Shown here: positions 1 through 9,259 of the stretch, piece by piece | Layout of the letters: every line of letters starts with the position of its first letter | Position numbering within the stretch: position 1 is the stretch's first letter | Source: an uncultured Bacilli bacterium | GTDB taxonomy: Bacteria; Bacillota_I; Bacilli_A; RF39; UBA660 | Assembly: GCA_905235045.1 (NCBI GenBank) | Contig: CAJOJO010000008.1 | Coordinates: 1 to 60,773, forward strand | Direction: 5' to 3' | Length of the DNA: 60,773 nucleotides | Notes under the pieces: generated by a model | Seen by the model: the letters and a program-made list of their open reading frames with translations, nothing else | Database searches by the model: none | What the model was told of the DNA's origin: nothing | Made by a program: the position numbers and the translations under genes

Positions 1-124
1 TAGCATCAAATTCATTATCACTTGGAGTATATGTTACATCTTTTGAATCTATTAATGTAGCTGCATAAACTACTCCTCCACTTATTAATAGACCAGTTAA
101 TAAACCAAATACATATTTTTTCAT
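1..124 (-). CDS. 5' end of a secreted/surface protein gene that runs off the window (N-terminal signal peptide MKKYVFGLLTGLLISGGVVYA)
   Basis: ATG at 124..122 sits downstream of an AGGGA RBS and the poly-G promoter module. The frame stays open to position 1. KK is followed by a hydrophobic h-region. Confidence 0.55.
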   Translation of the reverse strand, partial: MKKYVFGLLTGLLISGGVVYAATLIDSKDVTYTPSDNEFDA

Positions 125-147
125 TTAATCCCTACTCTCTATTTATA

Positions 148-178
148 ATTATACCCCCCCCCCGACATAAAAAGTCAA
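148..178 (-). promoter_or_regulatory. Sigma-A-type promoter P1 with a G10 tract in the spacer
   Basis: The minus strand reads TTGACT(178..173)-TTTTATGTC-GGGGGGGGGG-TATAAT(153..148), a 19-nt spacer, followed by leader TATAAATAGAGAGTAGGGATTAA-ATG. Confidence 0.6.
154..163 (-). repeat. Homopolymer tract, C10 on the plus strand (G10 on the coding strand)
   Basis: Counted directly in the sequence. Only two such G/C runs were noticed in the whole AT-rich window. Confidence 0.95.
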
Positions 179-200
179 TGGGGAGTTATCATTGACTTTT
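169..200 (-). terminator. Intrinsic terminator-like hairpin whose descending arm contains the -35 of P1
   Basis: The minus strand reads AAAAGTCAATG-ATAACTCCC-CATTGAC-TTTTT. The stems are 174..180 and 190..196. Confidence 0.45.
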
Positions 201-827
201 TTATTGTTTTATAGGATCATTATTTGTAGATACAGAGCTGATGCTTTCAGGGTATTGTACCTTGCAACCATCAATAAGGTTCTGTATTTTCTTTTTATCT
301 TTATAAAGAATAATAGAAGACGTTTTTAATAAATTCTTTATATAATTATTAATTGATTTTCTACCATGTATTGACTTAATTATATTAGTATTAATTTCTA
401 TTGGAACAATTATTTGTTTTCTTTTATAATCAAATTGTTCAGTAAATACAATAATTTTATTTTCTTTAATTACTAATACAGGATTATTTAAATCGTTTAA
501 TGCTTCGTAAAATGTGTATTTACCCAACTGGTGATAACTATCATTTTTACCTAATGGGTATCCTAATTTTATAGCTTCTTCTTTAGATAAAATTGCATTT
601 CTTATTTCTCTTGGTGACGTTAATATTGGTTTATTATGTACAACTATTTTTCTTAATTTTTTTGGTACTTATTTTAAAATAACTTGATTTCCTTTTGGCA
701 TTTTACCATCATATATATTATCAATTATGTTATCTAATTGTTTTCTTATTTCAACATCATTTTTATTAAATATTTTTCTAAATGCTTTTTCATAATTTTT
801 ATTATAATTAATATTATTTTTTATCAT
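201..827 (-). pseudogene. Hypothetical gene of 209 codons interrupted by one in-frame TAA; alternatively two small ORFs
   Basis: ATG at 827..825 follows RBS AAGGAGGG (840..833). A single in-frame TAA lies at 671..669. The downstream 108-aa part (201..527) has only a TTG start and no RBS. Confidence 0.45.
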
Positions 828-884
828 CTAAACCCTCCTTAAGTTTTATATGATAGTACTTGCTTATGTCAATAAAAAAGAAAC

Positions 885-3020
885 TTATTTAAAAGCTTCT
901 TTTCTTGATAAATTTAATCTTCCACGTTTATCATATCCTAATGATTTAACTAGAATTTCATCGCCTACTTTAACAACATCAGAAGGTTTTTCAACTCTTT
1001 CATTAGCTAATTGAGAAACATGAACTAATCCTTCACATCCTGGCCATAATTCAACAAAGCAACCAAAGTCTTCTACTTTAACTACTTTACCTTTATAAAC
1101 TACACCATCTTCTACTTCTCTTACAATTGCTTTAATCATTTCAGCAGTACGCTCAATTATTTCTTTATCAGTATGATAAATAGTTACTTTACCATCATCG
1201 GCTAAATCAACTTTAACAGCGTTAACATCTTGAACAGTAGTAACATTTGATGCATCACAAATAATTTTCGTAATTGTTTCACCACCACGACCAATAACTT
1301 CTTTGATTCTATTTGGATCAATTTCAAAAATCATTGTTTTTGGTGCATATTTAGATACTTCTTTACGAGGTTCTTTAATTTGTGCTTCCATAACATCTAG
1401 TATCTCCATACGAGCTTGTTTTGCTTGCGCTAAAGCTTCTTTTAAGATTTCTTTAGTAATACCTTTTATTTTAATATCCATTTGTAATGAACAAATACCT
1501 TTTCTAGTACCACCAACTTTAAAATCCATATCTCCTAAATGATCTTCCATACCTTGAATATCAGTTAAAATAGTATATGATTTTTCATCTTTAGATGTAA
1601 TTAATCCCATAGCAATACCAGCAACTGGAGCTTTAATAGGTACACCTGCTGCCATTAATGACATACAACCTGCACAAATAGTGGCTTGACTTGATGAACC
1701 ATTTGATTCTAGGATTTCTGATACAACTCTTACTGTATAAGGGAATTCTTCTTCAGAAGGCATAACTTGTTTTAAACATCTTTCACCTAAAGCACCATGA
1801 CCAATTTCTCTTCTACCAGGGCTACCATATCTTCCTGTTTCACCAACTGAGAATTGTGGGAAATTATAATGTAACATAAAATGTTTTTCTGCTTCTAAAC
1901 TAATACCATCTAATGCTTGATATTCATTTAAAGCACCTAAGGTAGTTACTGCTAAAGCTTGGGTTTCACCACGAGTAAATAAAGCACTACCATGAGTTCT
2001 TGGAAGTAAGTCAATATCAGTTGAAAGTGGTCTAATTTCAGTCATACTTCTTCCATCAGCTCTAGTTTTTTCATTAACTGTGATATTTCTAAATATATCA
2101 TATTCAATACTTTCTAATACTAATTTAACTTTAGTAATTAAAATATTTAATTCTTCTTTATCTAATTCGCTGTTTTCTTCTTCATATTTTGCTACTACAT
2201 CTTCTTTTACTTGATCAATAGCAGCATATTTTTCTAGTTTTTCTTTAATACGCATAGCTTTATCTAATCTATCACTAGCTAATGCTTTTATTTCTTCTCT
2301 TAAAGAATCTTCTATTTCTAAGTGTTCATATTCCATTTTTTCTTCGCCAATTTCAGCAATGATTTTTTCTTGGAATTCACATAGTTCTTTAACAGCTTCA
2401 TGACCAAACATTAATGCTTCTAACATATCTTCTTCAGATACTTCTTTACTTCCTGCTTCAACCATGTTAATAGCTTTTTTAGTACCAGCTACTGTTAAGT
2501 CAATATCAGATAATTCTAATTCATCTGGGGTTGGGTTAATAATAAATTTACCATCAATACGACCTACTTTAACACCAGCAATTGGTCCATCAAATGGGAT
2601 TTTAGAAATACTTGTACAAAGTGAAGAACCAAACATAGCTGCTAATTCAGGAGAATTATCATTATCTACTGATAAAACAGTATTAACAACTTGAACTTCA
2701 TTTCTAAAGTCTTCTGGAAACATTGGACGCATTGGTCTATCTATCATCCGAGCAGCTAAAGTAGCAGCATCAGTTGGACGACCTTCTCTTTTAATGAATC
2801 CACCAGGTATTTTACCTACAGAATATAATTTTTCTTGATATAAAACCATTAATGGGAAGAAATCAGATAAAATATTGGCAGTTTTAGATACAACTACTGT
2901 TGATAAAATAACGGTATCACCATATCTTACTAATACAGCACCATGAGCTTGTTTCGCTAATTCACCATGTTCTACTACTAATTCTCTTCCTCTAAAATCT
3001 AATTTAAATACTTTTTTCAT
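885..3020 (-). CDS. pnp: Polyribonucleotide nucleotidyltransferase (PNPase)
   Basis: 711 aa with two RNase PH-like halves, then KH and C-terminal S1 ([19 protein letters not shown]). It lies downstream of rpsO as in most bacteria. Confidence 0.97.
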   Translation of the reverse strand: MKKVFKLDFRGRELVVEHGELAKQAHGAVLVRYGDTVILSTVVVSKTANILSDFFPLMVLYQEKLYSVGKIPGGFIKREGRPTDAATLAARMIDRPMRPMFPEDFRNEVQVVNTVLSVDNDNSPELAAMFGSSLCTSISKIPFDGPIAGVKVGRIDGKFIINPTPDELELSDIDLTVAGTKKAINMVEAGSKEVSEEDMLEALMFGHEAVKELCEFQEKIIAEIGEEKMEYEHLEIEDSLREEIKALASDRLDKAMRIKEKLEKYAAIDQVKEDVVAKYEEENSELDKEELNILITKVKLVLESIEYDIFRNITVNEKTRADGRSMTEIRPLSTDIDLLPRTHGSALFTRGETQALAVTTLGALNEYQALDGISLEAEKHFMLHYNFPQFSVGETGRYGSPGRREIGHGALGERCLKQVMPSEEEFPYTVRVVSEILESNGSSSQATICAGCMSLMAAGVPIKAPVAGIAMGLITSKDEKSYTILTDIQGMEDHLGDMDFKVGGTRKGICSLQMDIKIKGITKEILKEALAQAKQARMEILDVMEAQIKEPRKEVSKYAPKTMIFEIDPNRIKEVIGRGGETITKIICDASNVTTVQDVNAVKVDLADDGKVTIYHTDKEIIERTAEMIKAIVREVEDGVVYKGKVVKVEDFGCFVELWPGCEGLVHVSQLANERVEKPSDVVKVGDEILVKSLGYDKRGRLNLSRKEAFK

Positions 3021-3035
3021 ACTATTATCTCTTTT

Positions 3036-3218
3036 CTATCTTGCTATAAAGTATTTTGACTTTATATATGCTCTTCCTTCTTTTTTTCTTGCTTCTTTAA
3101 TTAACCTATCTGTTTCATCACATATTCCTTTATATTCTTCGATTTTTTCTTTTGGATAAACTTTTTCCTTAATTATTTCTTCTTTTTTTAAATTATCAGC
3201 AATAATTATTCGTCCCAC
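3036..3218 (-). CDS. Small K/E-rich hypothetical protein between rpsO and pnp
   Basis: 60-codon ORF with a GTG start and a weak GGTGAG RBS. No recognisable family. Confidence 0.3.
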   Translation of the reverse strand: MGRIIIADNLKKEEIIKEKVYPKEKIEEYKGICDETDRLIKEARKKEGRAYIKSKYFIAR

Positions 3219-3240
3219 TTATCTCACCAACCTTTCCAAT

Positions 3241-3265
3241 AAAAAGCCACTCAAAAAAGAGTGCC
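3241..3265 (-). terminator. Intrinsic terminator after rpsO
   Basis: The minus strand reads GGCACTC-TTTTTT-GAGTGGC-TTTTT, with one mismatch in the stem. Confidence 0.55.
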
Positions 3266-3280
3266 TACTATTTATAAAAA

Positions 3281-3550
3281 TTATTTTCTTAGACCTAATT
3301 TTTTAATTAGATCACGGTAACGAGTTACATCTACTTTATATAAATATTGTAACATACTTCTTCTTTGACCTACTTTTTTAAGTAAACCTTTTCTTGAATG
3401 ATAATCATGAGTATGTTCTTTTAAGTGTTCTGTTAACTCATTAATTTCAGCTGTTAAAATAGCTATTTGAACTTCAGCTGAACCAGTGTCACCTTTACTT
3501 CTAGCATATTCTTTGATGATTTTTTCTTTCTTTTCTTTTGTTAATGCCAT
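3281..3550 (-). CDS. rpsO: 30S ribosomal protein S15
   Basis: 89 aa. The [11 protein letters not shown]...[14 protein letters not shown] pattern is typical of S15. Confidence 0.97.
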   Translation of the reverse strand: MALTKEKKEKIIKEYARSKGDTGSAEVQIAILTAEINELTEHLKEHTHDYHSRKGLLKKVGQRRSMLQYLYKVDVTRYRDLIKKLGLRK

Positions 3551-3681
3551 AAATTTTCTCCTTTCATCTCATATTCGCATATTCCCAGGCAAAAGTCGGA
3601 GAATCATTTGTCCGAAAATAAGTACATATATAATATACACTATTATTTTTTTAAATGCAAGCAATTTTTTTAATTATACAC

Positions 3682-4209
3682 TTACTTTACTGTTTTAAAT
3701 TTAAACACATTAAATATAGCTTTACCATCTATTTTTCCTTTTGCAACCAATCCTATCATTCTTGAATCAGTTGAATTAAGACGATTATCCCCCATTACGA
3801 AGTAATAACCTTGAGGAATATTTTTATAACCTAATAATTCTATGCTGAAATCATTAGTAAAATTACCAGTTGAACTTTTTTTCTTTTGTTCACTAGCATA
3901 TTCTTTATCTAAGAATATTTCTTCAACATATTCATCATTAATATATAATTTATTATTTTTATACTCTACTTTATCACCAGGTAAACCAATAATTCTTTTG
4001 ATTAGTTTTTCATTGTTATAATTTAAGACAACAATATCAAAACGTTTATAATTTTTATTAAATTTTTCAATTAATAAATAATCTTTATCATTTAGGGTCG
4101 GATACATTGACACACCATCAACACGAACTGGCGATATAATAAATAAACGAATTAAAATAACGACAATTAAAATAATAATATAAGGTACTAATTCTTTTAC
4201 AAATTTCAT
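3682..4209 (-). CDS. lepB: Signal peptidase I
   Basis: 175 aa with an N-terminal TM, the catalytic Ser box GVSMYPTL and the GDNRLNSTDSR box. Confidence 0.9.
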   Translation of the reverse strand: MKFVKELVPYIIILIVVILIRLFIISPVRVDGVSMYPTLNDKDYLLIEKFNKNYKRFDIVVLNYNNEKLIKRIIGLPGDKVEYKNNKLYINDEYVEEIFLDKEYASEQKKKSSTGNFTNDFSIELLGYKNIPQGYYFVMGDNRLNSTDSRMIGLVAKGKIDGKAIFNVFKFKTVK

Positions 4210-4254
4210 ATAACCACCTACTTAATTATACAATAAAATAATAAAAAAAAGAAG

Positions 4255-4617
4255 TTATTTTTCTTCTTTAGAAGCTTTATTTCTTCTTTCTTTAATTTTT
4301 GGTTGACTAACTAAGTTTCTAATATATCCAAGTTTTGCTTGACGAACTTTTCCCTTTCTAATTACTTCAATATAAGCAATTTTTGGTGAATTCATTGGGA
4401 ATGTTCTTTCAGTACCAACACCTTGTGATAATTTACGAACAATAAATGTTCTACCAATACCACGGTTTTGAATAGCCATAACAATTCCTTCAAAATCTTG
4501 GACTCTTTCTTTATTACCTTCTTTGATTTTGTAACCTACTTTAACAGTGTCACCAACTCTAAATTCAGGTAAATCAGTTCTAATTTGACTTTTAGTTATT
4601 TTATCAACTAAATTCAT
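4255..4617 (-). CDS. rplS: 50S ribosomal protein L19
   Basis: 120 aa. [10 protein letters not shown]...[10 protein letters not shown] is typical of L19, and the gene follows trmD. Confidence 0.97.
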   Translation of the reverse strand: MNLVDKITKSQIRTDLPEFRVGDTVKVGYKIKEGNKERVQDFEGIVMAIQNRGIGRTFIVRKLSQGVGTERTFPMNSPKIAYIEVIRKGKVRQAKLGYIRNLVSQPKIKERRNKASKEEK

Positions 4618-4718
4618 ACATCCACGTCCTTTCTATTTGTTTTAATATAATCATGATCTAATATTATCAGCGGATTACAACTTAATCATTTTAACATATA
4701 TTTTTTATTTTGTAAAGC

Positions 4719-5180
4719 CTATCTACTTTTGCCAATTCTTTCTTCATAAACTGGATTTTCATCAAAAATTTTTTCTTGTCTTACTTTTTGGTAAACAGCT
4801 TTAGCTTTTAGTTCTCTTTCTAAAAGCGCAATTTTTCTTAATAAAACATTAATATAACGATCATCTAAATATTTGCGATATTTATATTCCACTATTTCTT
4901 TGTAGCGTGTCAAATCATTTAAAGCTTTACGAGCATCTGTTGAATCATCTTCATCAACTATTGAAATTAAATATTTTAAATAATAATCTAATTTAATACG
5001 TACTTTCTTCTTTAGTACTTTTTCAATAAATGATGGTTTAACAATTACTAGCGAATTAACTTTAACTCCAGGATAGTTTATGTCACCTTTAGGTTTTACT
5101 TTAAATCCATCTAATTTATCATAATTTATAACTACCAATTCTTTATTATAATTTGTTTTCGCTATAGTGTAGTGTTTCAT
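4719..5180 (-). CDS. Hypothetical K-rich protein inserted between trmD and rplS
   Basis: 153-aa ORF starting 2 nt after the trmD stop. No recognisable family. Confidence 0.6.
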   Translation of the reverse strand: MKHYTIAKTNYNKELVVINYDKLDGFKVKPKGDINYPGVKVNSLVIVKPSFIEKVLKKKVRIKLDYYLKYLISIVDEDDSTDARKALNDLTRYKEIVEYKYRKYLDDRYINVLLRKIALLERELKAKAVYQKVRQEKIFDENPVYEERIGKSR

Positions 5181-5184
5181 TATA

Positions 5185-5853
5185 TCAGCTCTTTTCTAAT
5201 AGATCTGGTCGACGTTCATTTGTTTTTTTTAATTGTTCTTCATAACGCCATTTATCAATATTTGCATGATGTCCTGATAATAAAACATCAGGAACTTTCA
5301 TACCTTTAAAATCAACTGGTTTAGTATACACCGGATAATCTAATAAGTTATTATTGAATGTTTCTTTTTCATGTGATTCTTTATCAATAACACCATCTAA
5401 TAATCTGGTAACACTATCAAGTAAAATCATACCAGGGATTTCCCCACCAGTTAATATATAGTCACCAACGCTTATTTCTTCATCAACGAATGATCTTATT
5501 CTTTCATCAAAGCCTTCATAGTGACCACAAAGTAATATTAAATGTTTTTCTTGGGCTAATTCATAAGCAAGTTTTTGATTATATTTTTTTCCTTGAGGAG
5601 TAAGCATAATTATCTTAGAATCTTTTGTTTTTAAAGCTTCTAATGCATTATATACTGGTTCTGGCATAAGAACCATTCCTTTACCTCCACCGAAAGCATA
5701 ATCATCAACTTTTTTATTTTTGTCTTCGGTATAGTCTCTTAAGTTATAAATATTTATTTCAACTTTTTTATTATCAATTGCTCTTTTTATTATTGATTCA
5801 TTTATAATTCCATCAAACATTGAAGGAAATAAAGTAATTACATCAATCTTCAT
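5185..5853 (-). CDS. trmD: tRNA (guanine37-N1)-methyltransferase
   Basis: 222 aa. It begins MKIDVITLFPSMF, contains GGGKGMVL and YILTGGEIP, and overlaps the rimM stop. Confidence 0.95.
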   Translation of the reverse strand: MKIDVITLFPSMFDGIINESIIKRAIDNKKVEINIYNLRDYTEDKNKKVDDYAFGGGKGMVLMPEPVYNALEALKTKDSKIIMLTPQGKKYNQKLAYELAQEKHLILLCGHYEGFDERIRSFVDEEISVGDYILTGGEIPGMILLDSVTRLLDGVIDKESHEKETFNNNLLDYPVYTKPVDFKGMKVPDVLLSGHHANIDKWRYEEQLKKTNERRPDLLEKS

Positions 5854-6319
5854 CTAATAATCCTTCAATTAAATTAATGTAAATTATTTTATTTTTATTA
5901 TCTATTTTTTTAATAAATGAATCAACATTAGGAATATAATGTGTTTTATCATTATATTTTATAACTAATAAATCTTGTGCACCATTATTTACTATATCAA
6001 TAACTTCACCTATTTTTTTATCAGTATAAATATTCATTCCTATATAATCTTCTTTAAACATTATATTTTCGCTTTTTTCTAATTTAGCGTATACAGATTT
6101 ACCTTTATATTTTAAAACATCATTTATATCATTGATATTAACAAATGTCACCATATCATAATTTTTATGAGTTCGATAAGTGTTTATAATTAATGTATCA
6201 TTATCAATTATTAATTCTTGGTTTTTTTTAAAAACTAATTCTTTATGTTTGATATCAGATAAAATTTTAACTTCGCCTTTAATCCCATGAGTATTAGTAA
6301 TTTTACCAATATAGTACAT
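5843..6319 (-). CDS. rimM: 16S rRNA processing protein RimM
   Basis: 158 aa with the N-terminal IGKITNTHGIKGEVKI motif. The rimM-trmD-rplS order is conserved. Confidence 0.9.
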   Translation of the reverse strand: MYYIGKITNTHGIKGEVKILSDIKHKELVFKKNQELIIDNDTLIINTYRTHKNYDMVTFVNINDINDVLKYKGKSVYAKLEKSENIMFKEDYIGMNIYTDKKIGEVIDIVNNGAQDLLVIKYNDKTHYIPNVDSFIKKIDNKNKIIYINLIEGLLDED

Positions 6320-6327
6320 TTAATCAC

Positions 6328-7062
6328 CTACTTATCTAATTCATATAGGATGATTGAAGTAGCGATACTTACATTTAAGGATTCACATGATTTATTCATA
6401 TCAATATATACATATTCATCGCATAAATCAAAAATGTCTTTTTGAATACCACTGCCTTCGTTTCCCATTATTATACATATTTTATTATTTTTTTCAAGTG
6501 TTTTTATATTTTTTCCATCGGTTAATTTTGTTCCAATTATTTTATAGCCTTGTTTTTTAATGTTTGGTAAAAATTCAGTAAGTTTTTTATTTACAATATT
6601 TATATTAAAAATCATTCCTTCACTAGCTCTTAGTACTTTTGAATTATATAAATCAACTGTGTTTTCGCCTAAAATAATTGTGTCAACATTAAAAGCAACC
6701 GCGCTTCTAATGATTGTTCCTAGATTACCTGGATCTTGAATTCCATCTAGAACTAAGATTTTATTACCTAGCTCACTTTCTTTTTTAAATTTACATATTC
6801 CCAACATATTTGATGGAGTTGTTAAGTTCGTAATATATTTCATTACTTTATAATCAACATAACTAGTTGGAACATCCAAATCAGTATTTGTTCCTTCTAA
6901 TAATATCAGTTCTTCTAAAAGATTGTTTTTATAAGCTTCATTTATTAAATGTTCAGTTTCAATTATAAATAAGCCTGATTCATGACGGTATTTTTTATCA
7001 TTTAGTTTTTTTAAATTTTTTATTTTTTGATTTTCTTTTGAAGTATACAGCATACTCATCAC
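6328..7062 (-). CDS. TrmH/SpoU-family RNA 2'-O-methyltransferase
   Basis: 244 aa. SpoU methylase motifs DPGNLGTIIRS, GNEGSGI and LNVSIATSI are present. Confidence 0.85.
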   Translation of the reverse strand: MMSMLYTSKENQKIKNLKKLNDKKYRHESGLFIIETEHLINEAYKNNLLEELILLEGTNTDLDVPTSYVDYKVMKYITNLTTPSNMLGICKFKKESELGNKILVLDGIQDPGNLGTIIRSAVAFNVDTIILGENTVDLYNSKVLRASEGMIFNINIVNKKLTEFLPNIKKQGYKIIGTKLTDGKNIKTLEKNNKICIIMGNEGSGIQKDIFDLCDEYVYIDMNKSCESLNVSIATSIILYELDK

Positions 7063-7107
7063 CTATTTCATTATAACAAAAAAAACAGATATTTTAAATC
7101 TATTTTT

Positions 7108-7491
7108 TTAATCTTCATCTTCTATTTCACAACTGAAATCATCTGATAATTCGTATTTCCATTTTTTACCAGTTTTGGTTATATAGATTTCACTATCAAT
7201 GTCGATAATTTCTTTAGTAGCAGGGTTTTCAATTTCATCTTCAATATAACCACCCGTAATTAAGTCACCTAGGGTGATTGTTAATCTACCACCATCTTCA
7301 CTTGGTAGAGCAAATACATTATCAGCGCCATATGAACGAGCAGCTGCTAAAATATTATTCATTTGTGTTTCACATAATGATCCTTTATTTTGTCTTAATA
7401 TTTTTGATATTGCGGGAATTGTAATTAAACTTATTAAAGCAAGTACTACAATAACCCCAATTAATTCTGCTAAAGTAAATCCTTTTTTCAT
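7108..7491 (-). CDS. Type IV pilin-like / pseudopilin protein (prepilin N-terminal cleavage-methylation signal)
   Basis: 127 aa. MKKG|FTLAELIGVIVVLALISLI is the G-FTLxE class III signal plus a hydrophobic helix. Confidence 0.8.
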   Translation of the reverse strand: MKKGFTLAELIGVIVVLALISLITIPAISKILRQNKGSLCETQMNNILAAARSYGADNVFALPSEDGGRLTITLGDLITGGYIEDEIENPATKEIIDIDSEIYITKTGKKWKYELSDDFSCEIEDED

Positions 7492-7514
7492 ACAAACCCT
7501 ACTTTCTATTCATA

Positions 7515-7543
7515 ATAATACCACCTCCGAGCTATATTGTCAA
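7515..7543 (-). promoter_or_regulatory. Promoter P3, a paralogue of the poly-G module with an interrupted G tract
   Basis: The minus strand reads TTGACA(7543..7538)-ATATAGCTCGGAGGTGG-TATTAT(7520..7515), a 17-nt spacer, followed by leader TATGAATAGAAAGTAGGGTTTGT-ATG. Confidence 0.5.
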
Positions 7544-7790
7544 ATGGGAAAAGAAACATATTCACCTTCTATGTTTTAACAAAATTAATTCTTTCTTAAC
7601 ACTTTTAAATATATCCAATTAATACATAGTAAGTATTATACGTTTTATCTCGTGGTATTTCTTTTTTTCCAATTTATCAAAACATTCTTATAATAGTTTT
7701 ATTTCACTATCATATTCCAAAACCATATTATTTATATTTTTTGTTTCATTTTTACAATCTAGCAAAATTTATTGTAACTATCAAATAACA

Positions 7791-8810
7791 TTATTCATTT
7801 ATATCTATATGTAGATTTAATTCTTCTTCAGTTGGTAATTCTTTTAAGATATTATTAGGTAAATATTTTTTTAGTTCATATGAACTAACTCCAATAGGTT
7901 TATTAATATCTTTTAATGTATACTCGACTGAAAATTTATTTTTATTTTTACATAAAATAAGTCCAATTGAAGGATTATCGGTTTTACCTTTTAATAAATC
8001 ATCTACTGCTGATAAATAAAAATTCATTTTTCCAACATATTCTGGTTTAAATTTAGTATTTTTTAATTCTATTACAATATAACAATGTAATTTTATATGA
8101 TAAAATAACAAATCAATAAAGTAATCCTCATTATCTACTGTTATTCTATATTGATTCCCAACAAAACTAAAACCATTTCCAAGTGCTAACAAAGTCATTT
8201 TAATTTTATCTACCATAGCAGTTTCTAATTCTTTCTCTATATAATCTTTTCTTAAAGTTGTTATATCAAATATATATGGATCTTTCATAATTTCTTTTGC
8301 CATTTTACCTTGTGGATTTGGTAAGGTTTTATTAAAATTATTTAGCTTTTCAACTGATTTATATCTTGAATATGAATTATATTTAATCTCATCTAATAAA
8401 TCATAATATCCCCAACCATTTTTTGCAGTTTGATTTATATACCATATTCTCTTTTCATCATCTGTTACTTTATCAAAAATTAGAATATTATGTGACCAAG
8501 GAATTAGTGCAGAAGCCTTCTGCACTTTTTTATTATTTGAACAAACTAGATAATATTTTCGCATATTTTTAAGATTTCTAACCGAAAAACCTTTCATATT
8601 TGGATATGATATTTTTAATTCAATAGATAAATTATTAATAAAATTGTTTCCGTATTTTGAATTTTCAACTATAATTTGTCCAATATAAAAATATAAATTT
8701 AATAAATTCATATTAGCACTTTTAAATATTTCTAATTTTGTATTGTCTATCTTGCTTTTTATTTCACATATAATTTGTTTAAAATCCTTGTCTAATGTTT
8801 CTTTTACCAT
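7791..8810 (-). CDS. YhcG-like PDDEXK nuclease domain protein (DUF1016 family)
   Basis: 339 aa with a DUF1016-type N-terminal region and a C-terminal PDDEXK core (IDLLFYHIKLHCYIVIELK). It is a paralogue of the disrupted copy at 52391..53370. Confidence 0.8.
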   Translation of the reverse strand: MVKETLDKDFKQIICEIKSKIDNTKLEIFKSANMNLLNLYFYIGQIIVENSKYGNNFINNLSIELKISYPNMKGFSVRNLKNMRKYYLVCSNNKKVQKASALIPWSHNILIFDKVTDDEKRIWYINQTAKNGWGYYDLLDEIKYNSYSRYKSVEKLNNFNKTLPNPQGKMAKEIMKDPYIFDITTLRKDYIEKELETAMVDKIKMTLLALGNGFSFVGNQYRITVDNEDYFIDLLFYHIKLHCYIVIELKNTKFKPEYVGKMNFYLSAVDDLLKGKTDNPSIGLILCKNKNKFSVEYTLKDINKPIGVSSYELKKYLPNNILKELPTEEELNLHIDINE

Positions 8811-8913
8811 ATTATTTTTTCCTTTCTAGTTTTGTTGAAACTTTTCCTTCTATAAATATCTTACGATATAGAATTTATAAATTCCTGCAAAAAAAAGAAA
8901 CTTTTTTAAGTTT

Positions 8914-9216
8914 CTATTTTCCTTTAAATAAATATTTTAATAAATATACTAAGAACCATACCATACATGCGACAAAGCACCATGATAATAAGTCATAGAA
9001 TAACCCATTAGAATATTTTGCTAATATATCCAATATTGAATCAGGTACATTTTTAATAAGAAAATCAGACAATTCATTTGTACCTATATGATACTTTATA
9101 AATTTAATGATGTGTAAAAATATTTCAACAATTCCTAAAGCATAAATCAAACTTTTTGTATTTCGAAAAAAGATAATTACTAATACTAAAATAACAAATA
9201 ACAAAATTAATTCCAT
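8914..9216 (-). CDS. Small membrane protein, unknown function
   Basis: 100 aa with about 3 hydrophobic segments. Confidence 0.55.
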   Translation of the reverse strand: MELILLFVILVLVIIFFRNTKSLIYALGIVEIFLHIIKFIKYHIGTNELSDFLIKNVPDSILDILAKYSNGLFYDLLSWCFVACMVWFLVYLLKYLFKGK

Positions 9217-9259
9217 ACATCCACCTACTTTATATACTAATTATATCATAAAAAAAGGC

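Noticed and set aside
669-671. The in-frame TAA as evidence for stop-codon reassignment or programmed read-through.
   Set aside because: TAA, TAG and TGA all terminate well-supported genes throughout the window, for example TGA at trmD, pyk and sufB and TAG at rnhC and murC. A simple nonsense mutation or two small ORFs is more parsimonious.
833-865. Shared leader ATATAAAACTTAAGG(G)AGG upstream of the 827 ORF and the dinD fragment (35449..35475), considered as evidence that both belong to one mobile element family.
   Set aside because: Only ~20 nt are similar, and these are dominated by the RBS and AT-rich sequence. That is too short to distinguish from chance without a genome-wide search.
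1303-2694. Plus-strand ORFs 1303..1542 and 2464..2694 inside pnp. The same type occurs at 3486..3698, 7274..7579, 8795..8998, 9837..10340, 10703..10921, 11920..12102, 28179..28430, 33592..33789, 36445..36633, 39922..40104, 47845..48066, 48521..48724, 52200..52385, 54707..55048, 56782..57048 and 57807..58040.
   Set aside because: These are antisense shadow ORFs lying fully within, or overlapping, strongly supported minus-strand genes. They have low-complexity translations, no RBS and no family resemblance.
3551-4718. rpsO and rplS 5' leaders as S15 / L19 autoregulatory RNA motifs.
   Set aside because: Promoter-like sequences (TTGCAT...TATATT and TTTACA...TGTTAAAAT) and ~70-90-nt leaders exist. 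I cannot verify the Rfam L19_leader or an S15-binding fold by eye in such AT-rich sequence, so this needs cmsearch.
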